From: Rhynchobatus australiae
Taxonomy: Eukaryota
Reading direction: 5' to 3'
NCBI GenBank assembly: GCA_034780895.1
Contig: JAUZTB010000068.1
Coordinates: forward strand, 19,502,290-19,564,527
Length of the DNA stretch: 62,238 nt
The number at the start of each line of letters is the position of its first letter. The first letter of the stretch is position 1. Positions 40,938-53,219 of this stretch are shown here, piece after piece. A program made the translations under genes and the position numbers. The notes under the pieces were generated by a model that saw nothing but the letters and a program-made list of their open reading frames with translations, made no database searches and was not told where the DNA came from.

Positions 40938-42333
40938 GTAAGCAACAGTCGGCAGCACTGCTGAATTTAATCAGGCGGTCGTTCAGCGTTTAGTCTGAGC
41001 AATAGAAAGGAACGGTGGAATAATGTACACCAGCACGCGTGTGACTGATGAAGCCCTTTTACTTGGAAACACCTTTATAAATCCTTGTNNNNNNNNNNNN
41101 NNNNNNNNNNNNNNNNNNNNNNNNNNNNNNNNNNNNNNNNNNNNNNNNNNNNNNNNNNNNNNNNNNNNNNNNNNNNNNNNNNNNNNNNNNNNNNNNNNNN
41201 NNNNNNNNNNNNNNNNNNNNNNNNNNNNNNNNNNNNNNNNNNNNNNNNNNNNNNNNNNNNNNNNNNNNNNNNNNNNNNNNNNNNNNNNNNNNNNNNNNNN
41301 NNNNNNNNNNNNNNNNNNNNNNNNNNNNNNNNNNNNNNNNNNNCAAACCCACGTCGTTATGTTCGAGAGCACGCCGCTGAGAATCTCAGCAGCGAGCCGG
41401 GGTGTGGAGACGTGGGCGCTGTTGAATTGGCATTGCCTCCACAATCTTTGTCGTCAAAGGTCGGCGGTCTGCTGCCGGAGGATCAGTGAGAGGAACGATT
41501 GGTGGTCAGCCGTGCTGGGCAGGGTGGGGTTGGTGGGTTTGCTTCGTCAGCTGGTGGGAGACAACCAGCCTTGGTAGCTGGTAATCGTTGGTAAGGGGGT
41601 AGGGTTGCAGTAGGTGTGGGACCATAGGCTTACCCCTCAATGTGGTTTTGGAAGTAAGGTGATTGGGGTGCAATGGTGACGGGGGGAGGATTGATGGTTG
41701 GCTGATGCAAGCTCTGGGGGTTCTGCTGTCAGAGGGGCATCGGTGGTAAAATGCAATCAAGAATCTTTGCGGTGCATGTGGTGGTCAGCGGGTGGGAGTG
41801 CGGTGGTCAGCGGCCGGGAGCGCGGTGGTCAGCAGATCAGTGCTGTTGGACATATTGGGTGAGGACAAGCTTGCCTGCGGCTGGGTGAGGATTGGGCCGG
41901 GGCGGGTGTGTGTTGGGGTTGGCGGGGTGGGCTGCTGCAGGAGAGACAGGCACATACCCACCTTAAATGGGACATACCTGCGTCAGTATCCCATCCCTAC
42001 CCAGGACTGCTCAGACTGGGTCCCTTTAAGTCACGCAGAACAGGATTTCCCAGGTGGCGTGAGAGTCCTTTCTGCGGGCGATGCTGGCACTGGATGCTCA
42101 TGGGGAAGTTTATCTGCTTCACATGCTGTTGGGCACCTTTACATTGGCGTGTCAGATGCAGGGACAACAATAACACCTACATGAAGTCCCCTATTTTCAA
42201 TAATATTTCGTTCTGTTGTGAAAATGAATCACATGGAGCACAAAGTGTGATGCTGCTGTGAATTCAGAATGCGCTTAACTTAGATTTATTTGATACAAAT
42301 CCGATATTTCTATGTTCTCTCTTTGTCTTTCAG

Positions 42334-42458
42334 CTTCCTTTTCAAGTTTGCCATCCACCCCAAGTAGTACTACTGCTGGTGCATTAGAACTTATAACACC
42401 AAAGACGGAGCCAGGCCTTTACTCATCTGCATGCAGAGTCCAGAGGGTTAACACCCAG
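42334..42458 (+). CDS. gata4-like: GATA factor coding exon 5
   Basis: Acceptor ttctctctttgtctttcag|CT, donor CAG|gtaagt. 125 bp, phase 1 to 0. Encodes (A)SFSSLPSTPSSTTAGALELITPKTEPGLYSSACRVQRVNTQ; KTEPGL matches GATA4 IKTEPGL. Confidence 0.9.
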
Positions 42459-43104
42459 GTAAGTCCAGTAAATGTGGAGAACCTGGTGGGTCACTTTTCC
42501 TTTGTCCACTGGGTTCCTGGAAAGGTAACTCAAATGTCATCTTTTGCAATGAAAAAAACAATGTGTTACAGAGTTTAGAAGGTAGAGATTCTGGCTGTGT
42601 GAGAGTAACTCCACCTCTGAGTCGGCTTCACCATATCCCTGAAATCTTGGACTTAGTTCATCATCATATTGCAGGAAACTTTTGTCTGTGGTCAGAATTT
42701 CTACCTGTCCAGGAGAGGAGGCAGATTCCACTGCTCCTAAATGGGGGCTCTCAGGGCTGGGTCAGGTTAAAAGATCTGTGTCCACGGATGACAAAGTGGA
42801 TGGGAGGGTAAATCAGGCGATATGATAAGGATTTGCACATTACATAGGTGGAAATCTGGTAATCCTCTTGGAACATGAAGGGATCTCTCCTGTTCTTCCT
42901 CAGTTGAAAGAAATGCAATCAAAGGTATTTACTTCATTGACCCAGATTTCTTCCAACTTTTCCCTGCCAGGTTACAAGTTGATGCAGAATTTCTTTGGGT
43001 CAAAGTGTTAATACTGAACCATGCCAACATGGCAATCTTAACATGTGGCACATCCAATTATCCCAAAGTTCCACTTCAACACCTCCTCTATCCTTTATTT
43101 TCAG

Positions 43105-43242
43105 GACACTTTAGGGGCAGGTGGCAACAGTCTTCGCTTCAGCATTCCAGCTTTGAAACTGACAAACTCAAGTGAACCAAGCACTAGTCGAGAGTCCAAG
43201 GGAGGCAAATCCTACCCCTTTGGCAGCATGGAGCTGGTCTGA
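43105..43242 (+). CDS. gata4-like: GATA factor terminal coding exon 6
   Basis: Acceptor tcctttattttcag|GAC, phase 0. Encodes DTLGAGGNSLRFSIPALKLTNSSEPSTSRESKGGKSYPFGSMELV*. ALKL resembles GATA4 LSALKLS, and terminal FGSMELV resembles the W-x-S/A-L-x-L-A end of GATA4/5/6. Confidence 0.85.
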   Translation, partial: DTLGAGGNSLRFSIPALKLTNSSEPSTSRESKGGKSYPFGSMELV

Positions 43243-43744
43243 CACCAAAGAGACCGCTACTGCAATCCTCTCAAAGCTACATTTTCATTGATGGAGTTTG
43301 CAACTGAGATTCATTTTATCTGAATGAAAACTGGAAATGATAAAGAAGATAAAAGAATGCCAGGAAGAGAAATCAAATGGAACGCTGGGTCATATCATGT
43401 TATAATTTAAAAGAGTGAGTGTTGCAAAAATGATGTCTTATTGCTAAGGCGTAACACCACCTAAATTCTATGTAGGTGACCTTGGCGCAATTCTGATCCA
43501 ACATTGTTTGTAATTAAGTGCCTTTTTTGGACCACCATTTGCTGTATGTCTCTAACTTTCCACTTGAAATGGATATATATGGAGTGTGCTCCCTGGACAG
43601 TTGCACATATGGAACAGTTTGAACAGACCTTGCCTCTGGTAAAAATACATTTGCATTTCATTGAGAAATTATTTTTTCTTAATGTAAGTAGTTCTTGTTC
43701 AGTTATGGATGGTTCAGGCTAATAATAAAATGCAACTTAATAAA
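43243..43744 (+). other. Probable 3' UTR with tandem polyadenylation signals
   Basis: AATAAA at 43724-43729 and 43739-43744 downstream of the stop codon; another at 44000-44005. Confidence 0.5.
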
Positions 43745-45249
43745 TTCATATTGTCTCTTGGCTAATAGTGTCATGCCTGCAATGTGTCTATTGTATTAAT
43801 CAAAATGGGATAAGGTGCAACCTCTTTCTACTGATGCCCATAACTCTTTGCGTATTTACCACAGAAAGGAAACTGGAGAATTTAATAATATCTTTGTGAC
43901 AGGGCTTTCATACAAAAAGATTGTTTGTATGAATGCACGTGAACACAGCATGGAGTCAGAGTATGTTGTAAGGATGTAAGGTAAAACTATCCATTCTTTA
44001 ATAAAAAATCTTTTCAGGAGGAGCATTGCACTCTTTTGTAGTCAATTAGGGGCATTCATTGTTATCCAGATCAGTGAGGCATATGAAGGAAACTATGCAC
44101 ACAATAGCCCATTTCTGGTTTTGCAAGAAGGACTAGTATAATTTGATGAGTAACAGTAAGGTGCTAAACTAAGATGAAGCATAATCTACCCATGGAATGA
44201 AGGGTATGCACAATAAAAGATTCTTCTAGGGAAACTGAGTGGCAAGAAAATCAAATTACATGCATTACATAACGTGTCACAAACTATTGATATATTCATT
44301 GTTGAATAGTCCAACAGATTGAACGACGTCCTTATTATCAATAGATGGACTGAAGATAACTTTACAGATACGTGGTCATGATGAAGAAATGTGCTCCAAG
44401 ATCTCAATGGACACAAATTTACCACGCTCATAAATTACCCTCTATATGTGAATTAAAAAGCACATTCACTTGTAGCAAATGGCAGACAGTACCCGATTTC
44501 TATGGAAATATACTATCTCAGATGCATACCATTTCTCAGGTAGCTAATATGTGATAGATGATAGAGAGTGAGAGAGCTACATTTGAGGAATGGCAAAGAA
44601 GCACACTTGTATTTTTTTAAGAATGTGTCTTTTGGAGGAATGAGTTTGACTTTGCCTGAAGTTAAGCTTAAGAGACCTTATATAAAAAAAGAAACTGTTG
44701 CATCATTATTTACACTTTGTGAGTCATGTATTGAACAAATTGATATTGTCCTTTGCATATGGCTAAATAGTTTACTTCTAAAGCTTGGAATTTGTGATAA
44801 CATAAAGTGGAGACAGTAGAAACTTACAGCATACATGCGTGTACAGTTATAGACGTCCAATTTGTTCTGCTCCTCCAGAACTAAACTCCAATAGCACCTC
44901 ACTGAGGAACTCAACATTCACATCTAGATCAAGGTATGAATTTGAAGCACACAAGTCATAACTTTCCCATTCAAGGATATGAAGTTTTAGTAATGTGCTA
45001 AGTTTTATTACTGCAACAACCTCTCTGGCACCAACAATGTCCTTTTATCACTGTGGTGTTTCAGAGCTTGCAATTTTACTTTTTATATCCAGAACAACAA
45101 TGAACATATTTTACATTTACTTTACACTCCTCAATTCCTATTAAACACATCTTTATTTCACTTTGACATACCCAATTTGCATTTTTCTAATTAGGGGGCT
45201 TCTCACAAATGTATAGGATGGGATTACATCAGAGAATAACATGAAAAGT

Positions 45250-45480
45250 CTGGTTTGGGAAACTCAGCTGGTGAAAGCAAGTTATGAAGCTGGATCATTA
45301 GAAGTATTTGAAGTGGAGGTGGAAAAATATTTGATAGATTGGGGAATAGAGGGGTGTGGCAAAATGGCACAGAAGAGGAGTTGAGGTCAGCACAGATTAG
45401 ACATGATCATATTAAATGGTGAGGCAGACTTGAGGGGCCTGATGCCCTACTTCTGCTCCTGCCTTCTTGTGTTCTTGTGT
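45250..45480 (+). mobile_element. CR1 LINE 3' fragment
   Basis: gaagctggatcattagaagtatttgaagtggaggtggaaaaatatttg...gaggcagacttgaggggcctgatgccctacttctgctcct CR1-type end. Confidence 0.65.
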
Positions 45481-48400
45481 CTTGCTTTCATAATGTTGAG
45501 CAAGGAGNNNNNNNNNNNNNNNNNNNNNNNNNNNNNNNNNNNNNNNNNNNNNNNNNNNNNNNNNNNNNNNNNNNNNNNNNNNNNNNNNNNNNNNNNNNNN
45601 NNNNNNNNNNNNNNNNNNNNNNNNNNNNNNNNNNNNNNNNNNNNNNNNNNNNNNNNNNNNNNNNNNNNNNNNNNNNNNNNNNNNNNNNNNNNNNNNNNNN
45701 NNNNNNNNNNNNNNNNNNNNNNNNNNNNNNNNNNNNNNNNNNNNNNNNNNNNNNNNNNNNNNNNNNNNNNNNNNNNNNNNNNNNNNNNNNNNNNNNNNNN
45801 NNNNNNNNNNNNNNNNNNNNNNNNNNNNNNNNNNNNNNNNNNNNNNNNNNNNNNNNNNNNNNNNNNNNNNNNNNNNNNNNNNNNNNNNNNNNNNNNNNNN
45901 NNNNNNNNNNNNNNNNNNNNNNNNNNNNNNNNNNNNNNNNNNNNNNNNNNNNNNNNNNNNNNNNNNNNNNNNNNNNNNNNNNNNNNNNNNNNNNNNNNNN
46001 NNNNNNNNNNNNNNNNNNNNNNNNNNNNNNNNNNNNNNNNNNNNNNNNNNNNNNNNNNNNNNNNNNNNNNNNNNNNNNNNNNNNNNNNNNNNNNNNNNNN
46101 NNNNNNNNNNNNNNNNNNNNNNNNNNNNNNNNNNNNNNNNNNNNNNNNNNNNNNNNNNNNNNNNNNNNNNNNNNNNNNNNNNNNNNNNNNNNNNNNNNNN
46201 NNNNNNNNNNNNNNNNNNNNNNNNNNNNNNNNNNNNNNNNNNNNNNNNNNNNNNNNNNNNNNNNNNNNNNNNNNNNNNNNNNNNNNNNNNNNNNNNNNNN
46301 NNNNNNNNNNNNNNNNNNNNNNNNNNNNNNNNNNNNNNNNNNNNNNNNNNNNNNNNNNNNNNNNNNNNNNNNNNNNNNNNNNNNNGCTTTAAACACCCTT
46401 GTTCCATGAGCATAGTTTGCAATACACACCATGACTCTCCAAAACTGCACTTCATCTGCATTGCCATGAGTATTATCAAAAATTTGTTTGTTAAAAGTTG
46501 GACAAAGTATACGCACACTGTTTACATTTACTGCTAGTTATTGGGGTAATTTTCAGTGTTTGAATTGAAAATATGTTCTTTCCAACAAAACGTGTACATT
46601 TTTATTACATTTAGAATTACTTTCCCTCCTGTTATGACAATTAATTTGACCAGTAGCTGGTCAAATCAACTACACCACTCTCTGAGTACAGTAGGACAGC
46701 TATGCTATTGGGACCAACAGAACAAACTTTTCTTTTTATTCATTGGAAATCATCTACTAGGATTAATTCTCCTTCCACTTGATAGCTTACAAGAAGTCCC
46801 TCTTAAATAAATCTCAAAACAAATATCTCAGTGATCATCTTACCAACAACAGTTCCAAAAGCTGGGCATTCACAAAGATCTTTCCATGCATTAGTTCAGT
46901 CACTCTACTGCAAGGCGCTGGTGTTATCAGGAACTACACAAACAGATGATAATAACAGGACCTCCTGTCAGTACTGGCGTCTTAAACCCGGATGGCAAAA
47001 TCCTGCCTTGTTGATTTGGTCCCTGACTTAGAAGCTGATGTATTTTTTCTGGCACCACCTTTCCAGCAGTTTAGAAGTTGAATGATTCAGGTGGTCCTTA
47101 TTAATTGCTTAGGGAAAATTTGATGAGATTTTTCCAAGACATTATTATTTTACCTGCCCATTAGATTTAGTAAAGCTTAAACATCCAAAAGTGTTATTTT
47201 GATTTTTACATTTGTCAAAGAAATTATTTTACTGTAGACAATAGTTATCCTGTTAAACACATGATGTTGTTCATCTCATTTTCTTACCATGTTGTTTGCA
47301 CTTGCTTTCCAAAGCTTTCTTTTCCTTTACAAAATGCTATGTCATCTAGAATGCCAAAGCTAGAAAATAATATTCTGAGTNNNNNNNNNNNNNNNNNNNN
47401 NNNNNNNNNNNNNNNNCTGTGCAAATTCATAGCAAAGTAACACAGATTGAATAGAGACTAATTGATGGCACACACCTTACCAGTGCAAGCATGTAAATAG
47501 AGTACCAAAGAGACTTGGGGAACTTAGCAGCCGAACAATTATAGAAATTCATTAGGTAAAAGGGTAAATTAAGGATTTGACATTCATAAATTGAAGATTT
47601 TGGAAAGGCAAGAAAAAGTACAGTATAGTCTTATCTAGTTAAAGATTTTATCACACTTTTAGTATCTTTTTATAGTTGTGTGTCGGGTTCATAACACCCT
47701 GCAAGCAGCAAACAACTTGAGAAATTCTAAGCAACATTGACAAAATTGAGAGAGAATCCCTGCAGGCAAAACAGTCATTCTCAAGCACCATGGCACAGTA
47801 GGAGAGAAAGTGGAAGTGCTCTGATGAGGCTCAGGAGGTAGAAGAAAACAACCAAACATCCTTTTCAATGCTAGTTTTAGATTGCCATTGCTTTATCTGC
47901 ATTCCAGGAGACTGGAGTCCATGAGTTTTCCTTCAGTCCTCTATTTGCTTTCTACGCCAAGATAATTGACATAGAAGTCACTTGCCAGAATAAGAAAGTT
48001 GGATTTAATAATGTAAACACTGAGAGACATGAACTTTGAAATAAAGCAGCCCAAATCTTTTTGTGATCATTTAAATCTTCATGCCCCTTATATTTCTCAC
48101 ATCGCTTTGCATTGTTAACTTTCATTTGCTGAATGTTCATTCATTCTATAACAGATCTAAATCTTTAGTTGTATCACTTGCTCTTGCAAATTTAATGCAT
48201 TTACTACTCTAACTGGGTTGCTGTTGATTTATTGCAGCAAAAGCCTTCCTAGGTGGAGATTCAATTAGTTCCTCATTTTGATGCACAAAAGCCAATTAAT
48301 GAATTGACAAATTCAATTATTAAATATCCTCTGACTTTGTTACTTTTTAAATCATATTTTATTTTCAAATGCTTGCACACAACAATCACTAGTGCACATA

Positions 48401-48839
48401 ATATCATCAGAATCAAAGTTACAACCAGCTCCCTTTTTACCCAGCCATTTTTTATCTCAGTTGCATGTCCTAAATGTGCATTGTATGCATATTGCGCCAT
48501 TTCCAAAATCCATTTCCATTGAAGTCAATAAAGCCTAAAGTTTAAAGCTTGTATGCTGCTAAAACATCAATAAATTCATACAACTGGAAGAATTTCTACC
48601 TCACCCAAGTCTTAGTAAATATGTTTAATCAAGAGCAATAAAGCAATGTTCCTTTCAAGCACAAACTGAGCAGTAACAGAATAAATGAGTATCCACTGGT
48701 TCTACTGTCTTTTTCCTTTCCCAGCTACAACCTTTCTATGTATGTAAATGCTGTGCTTCCTAAAGCAATCCAAGACTTCAGTTTTGATTAGTAACTTCCG
48801 TGACATGAAGTTGTTCAAGTAAGCAATTTGACTCGCTTC

Positions 48840-49044
48840 ATGCGATATCAAGAAATGGCTGATAACACTAGATACTGGAAAGACTACAGGACTAGACAAT
48901 TTCCCAGCTCTCATACAAAGACCTGCATTCCAGAACTAGCTGCAGCTCTGGCCAAACAATTCAGTACAATTCCGACACTGGCATCCACCCAATGATGTGG
49001 AAAATTTTCCTGATATGTACCATTCACAAAAAGCAAGACAAATC
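48840..49044 (+). mobile_element. Older LINE ORF2 fragment (5' half of an interrupted element)
   Basis: Decayed pre-RT segment ending in ...[16 protein letters not shown], the W-K...P-I-H-K-K-x-D-K motif of non-LTR RT domain 0/1. Confidence 0.7.
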
Positions 49045-50275
49045 ATGTCTTACTAACTTGATTGAGTTTTTGAAGGAGGTAACAAAGGTGATTAATGAAG
49101 TTAGAACAATGGATGTTGTCAACATGGATTTTAGTAGGGCATTCAACAAGATCTCTCATGGTAAACTCATCCAGAAGAGTAAGATGCATGGGATCCATAG
49201 TGACTTGGCTGTTTGGATTAAGAATTGGCTTGTCCATATAAGACAGAGGGTAGAAGTTGATGGGTCTTCTTCTAGCTGGAGGTCCGTGACTAGTGGTGCT
49301 CTACAAGGATCTGTACTGGGACCTCTGCTGTTTGTGATATATATAAATGACTTGGATGAAAACATTATGTGTGGATTAGTAAGCTTGGAGATGGCACAAA
49401 GATTGGTGGCATTGTTGACAGTGTAGAAGATTGCCAAAGGATACAGTAGGATATGGATCAGCTACGGATGGGGGTGGAGAAATAGCAGATAAAGTTTAAT
49501 TTGAGCAAGTGTGAGGTGTTGCACTTTGGGAGGTCAAATGTAAAGGGACAGAACACAGTTAATAGTAAGACCCTTAACAGCATTGATGTACAGAGAGATC
49601 TTGGGGTCCTTGAAAGAGGCTGCGCAAGTGGAGGGGCTGGCAAAGAAGGCGTATGGCATGCTTGCCTTTGATAGTTGAGGCATCAAGTTCAAGAGTCAGG
49701 AAGTTATGTTGCAGTTTTAGGCCACAGCTGGAGTATTACATTTAGTTCTGGTCGCCCCATTATAAAAAAAGAATGTGAAGGCTTTGGAGAGGGTGCAGAA
49801 GAGGTTTACTAGGATGTTGCCTGGATTAGAGGGGAGGTGCTATAAGGAGAGATTGGACAGACTAAGGTTGTTTTCTCTGGAGTGGTGGAGGCTGAGGCGA
49901 GACCTGATAGAAGTTTATAAAATTATGAGAGGCATAGACAGAATAGACAGCCAGTATCATTTTCCCAGGATCAAAATGTCTAATAGTAGAGGGCATGCAT
50001 TTAAGGTGAGGGGGATAAGTTCAAAGCAGAGGTGTAGGGCAAGTTTCTTTTATGCAGAGAGTGATGGGTGACTGGAATGCGTGACCAGGGGTGGTGGTGG
50101 AGAGAGATGTGATGGTATTTAAGGGGTTCTACATGAATGTGCAGAGAATGGAGCGATATGGTCCACATGCAGGCAGAAGGGATTAGTTTAATTCGGCATT
50201 ATTAGCTTAATTAGTTCAGCACAACATTGTGGGCCGAAGGGCCTGTTCCTGTGCTGTACTGTTCTAAGTTCTATG
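49040..50275 (+). mobile_element. 5'-truncated CR1 LINE (reverse transcriptase to 3' tail), inactive
   Basis: SCLTNLIEF...[14 protein letters not shown]...[27 protein letters not shown] and ALERVQKRFTRMLPGL...LRRDLIEVYKIMRG. Frameshifts and stops are present. Ends gggccgaagggcctgttcctgtgctgtactgttctaagttctatg. Confidence 0.95.
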
Positions 50276-50390
50276 GTTATTTACCACTTGATCTCAATCA
50301 TCAACAAAGTGATAGAAACTGCCATCAGCATTGTCATCAAGTGGGACTTACTCACCAATAACCTATTCACCGATGCCTAGTTTGTGTTTT
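50276..50390 (+). mobile_element. Older LINE ORF2 fragment (3' half of the interrupted element)
   Basis: Encodes LISIINKVIETAISIVIKWDLLTNNLFTDA*FVF, the L-S-x-x-x-K-x-x-E...Q-F-G-F segment that normally follows the HKKxDK motif. Confidence 0.7.
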
Positions 50391-50691
50391 TGCTAAGGAC
50401 AAAAAATGGGGTTTACATGGTGAAAGAGCTTCTTCCCAACAAGTGCATTCATAGCNNNNNNNNNNATAAGATAATCATTTGTAAACTCGCCAAGGAATTC
50501 TGGAGAAACTTCCTCACCTGGAGAACCTTTAGGATATGTCACTTGCTGTCACTAGTTGAGACAAAAGCTGATTGCTAGGAACCTAGACAGCTACATGAAG
50601 GAGAAAGAAACAGTAGGGAGTGGAAATAGGTTCAGATGGTGGGGTGGGAACAGGCGCATGTGGAGCATAAACATGGTTGAAGGTCCTAATT

Positions 50692-50945
50692 AAAACAGAA
50701 ATGTTGGAAGTACTTAGCAGTCAGGGATCATCTGTGGAGAGAGAGACCAAGTTATTGTTTTAGGTCAATGACCTTTCATAAGAACCAGGAAAAGTCAGAA
50801 ACAAAACAAGTTTAAAGTTTCTAAAAGAAGTTTTATTTCTATCTTTTCCCAGTTGCGATGACTCTGTTTCTCTCTCCATTGATACTGTCAGATCTCTGCA
50901 TATTTTCAACATTGTTTGTTTTTGTTTCAGATTTCCAGCATCTGC
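50692..50945. mobile_element. Penelope-derived fold-back element
   Basis: aaaacagaaatgttggaagtacttagcag...catctgtggagagagag is inverted as tttctctctccattgatactgtcaga...tttcagatttccagcatctgc. Confidence 0.65.
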
Positions 50946-53219
50946 TTCATTTTCTTAATAGATAGCCATAAGTCAGTTAGGTCATTTGATTCAACATAAA
51001 AAAATGGTAGTAAGGAAATCTGTAATAGGATCTAAATTCATAGGATTAAATGTGCTATAATATGAACAATATTTCATATAATAAAGTTAGTGCAGTAGCT
51101 GTTTTAAGTAGCATTTTAAGACAAGGAAATGGCCATTAAAAGGTAATGTTTCAATTCAGTAAAATGTTATCAATGTTTTCTTAATTCTCGTGAACATTAT
51201 TCTTGACAGTGGCAAATGATGAAAGATATCTAATGTTCTCTGCCAGGTTAGGAGCTTCTAGTTTTCACAGGGATACAAGGACTAGACCCAGAGCAAGGGA
51301 ACCAGGCCAAAAACCTGAGCCAATCCAATATGTCCAACATAAAGAAACCCAAATCAGAATAATAGCTTAAAATTTATGGAAATAAAAAAAAACAATGAAG
51401 TCATTACCCTAGAAACAACATTGGTCTTGTGCACCTTTGGTGTAAGTTTGAATTAACAGTACAATTGGATATTATGTTTTCTTAAAATCTGATTATAATA
51501 TATCACGTTACACAATATAATTCATAATGTAAAATGATCACAATATAACTGTCTACATGTTTTTTTTAAATGGAGTCAATAACAGAATATGTTCCACTTG
51601 CAGTTTACAATAAGAGTGACCACACATGTGGAATACTTTCCAATCCATTGTGACATATTATGACATACAGTTAAACCCGACAGCATCACAAGATGGTTAA
51701 TTTGCTTGTCATTATCATGTTTGAAAAACAGATCAAGTCTGTGACTTTCTGTAAAAACATTCTGTCTCTGTTCTCAGAGCACTGATAAGCACAAATGACA
51801 GAGTGTCTGTACTGTGTCTAATGATAAAAGTGTCTGTACTGCTTCATGTATCGGAGTGAAAATACATTACTCTAACTCAAGCAAAGGTAACAATAGTGTG
51901 TGTTAACTCTCTGAGCACTGGATCTCCATGGTTTTCATTTGTAACATCATATAAGATAATTAATGTCAGAAAGATAATTAAAGAAACTTTTGACAGAAAT
52001 ATCCAGCAACTTAGCAAATGGATGGACGTCTGATTCCTAACAGTGGCTCATGTGCTTTGGAGTTCAGAGATATAAACAAAGAAATTTTAAAAAAGCTAAA
52101 CACTTAGCATCAGCAGTAGTGAGACTACTTCCTGAGAGTATTATATAAACACATATGAATGAAAGACTTACATTTATATTACATTTTGTCATGTCCTTCA
52201 GAAACTTCCTTCCCAGACTCTTTTGCATATGGTGAATTAGTCTGAAGTGGGGTGACTTCCGCAGACAACTGCAGTGTGAAGTCTATGTACTGCAAGATCC
52301 TGCTAAAAGCAACTGAGTGAACAGTCATTTAATGAGAAGTACAATTCAGGGTCAGATATCAACGCTGAAAAAGATTAATGAATGTCAGCACATATTTGTG
52401 AACTGAACATCACAGCTTTCCAACTCATGAATGCGTTAAAGCTTGTAACTAAGTGGATGATCTAGACTTACAAAAGACATTGACATATTACCCCACAAAA
52501 GACTGGTAAAGAATTCAAGATCATGAAATCAGGGAGACAGGATAAAGTAGATTAGAAACAGTTCTGGATAATTGGACATAGNNNNNNNNNACTTAATGAT
52601 TTCAGTAGCTTAATCTTGACTATCCTCAGTGTTCAGAAGTGACTTAGAGAAAGGTTGGGGGGGTTGGGGGCGGGGGTTCAGCTGAAGCATCACATCCAGA
52701 CTTGATAACAAGACAGTTGTGTGTGGGGGGACAGGCATGTATAGGATGCTATTACCATTCAACTATGTTCTGAGAAATAAATATCTTGGGCATGTAAATG
52801 CAAGCAGAATTTCATGTGAATTAATGGATGATGAAAATAGATGCAAAATATATTTATTTTGACTACAAAATTAATGAGTAGATGTTGTAGAAGGTGGAAC
52901 AAAGGACTGGGTCTCTGTCGGGTGAGATGTTGGTGAGTAAAAGCTACTGAGATTAGATTCCATCAGACCACCGTGTGCTTAAAGTTAATGCTTAAGGACA
53001 TTGCATCCCCTCAGTGCAACTCTTTTAAAAATGAATGAAGAGTAGGAGCAAAAATATGATTCTGGCTTTAAGCAGAATAGCAAAAAAGGGAAAAGTTAGA
53101 AAGCAACACCCACAGAGCCCAAAGCAGGACAAAGGAACGTCGGTTTTATGAATATCAAATTCAGTACACAGAGCCAAGTTACAGTTCAGGTTGAAAGAAC
53201 CATTCTGTATTTCACATAA

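Noticed and set aside
45403-46518. Long ORFs of 300+ aa (also 6601-7230, 7795-8404, 40983-41577, 59700-60170)
   Set aside because: They consist almost entirely of X from N runs.
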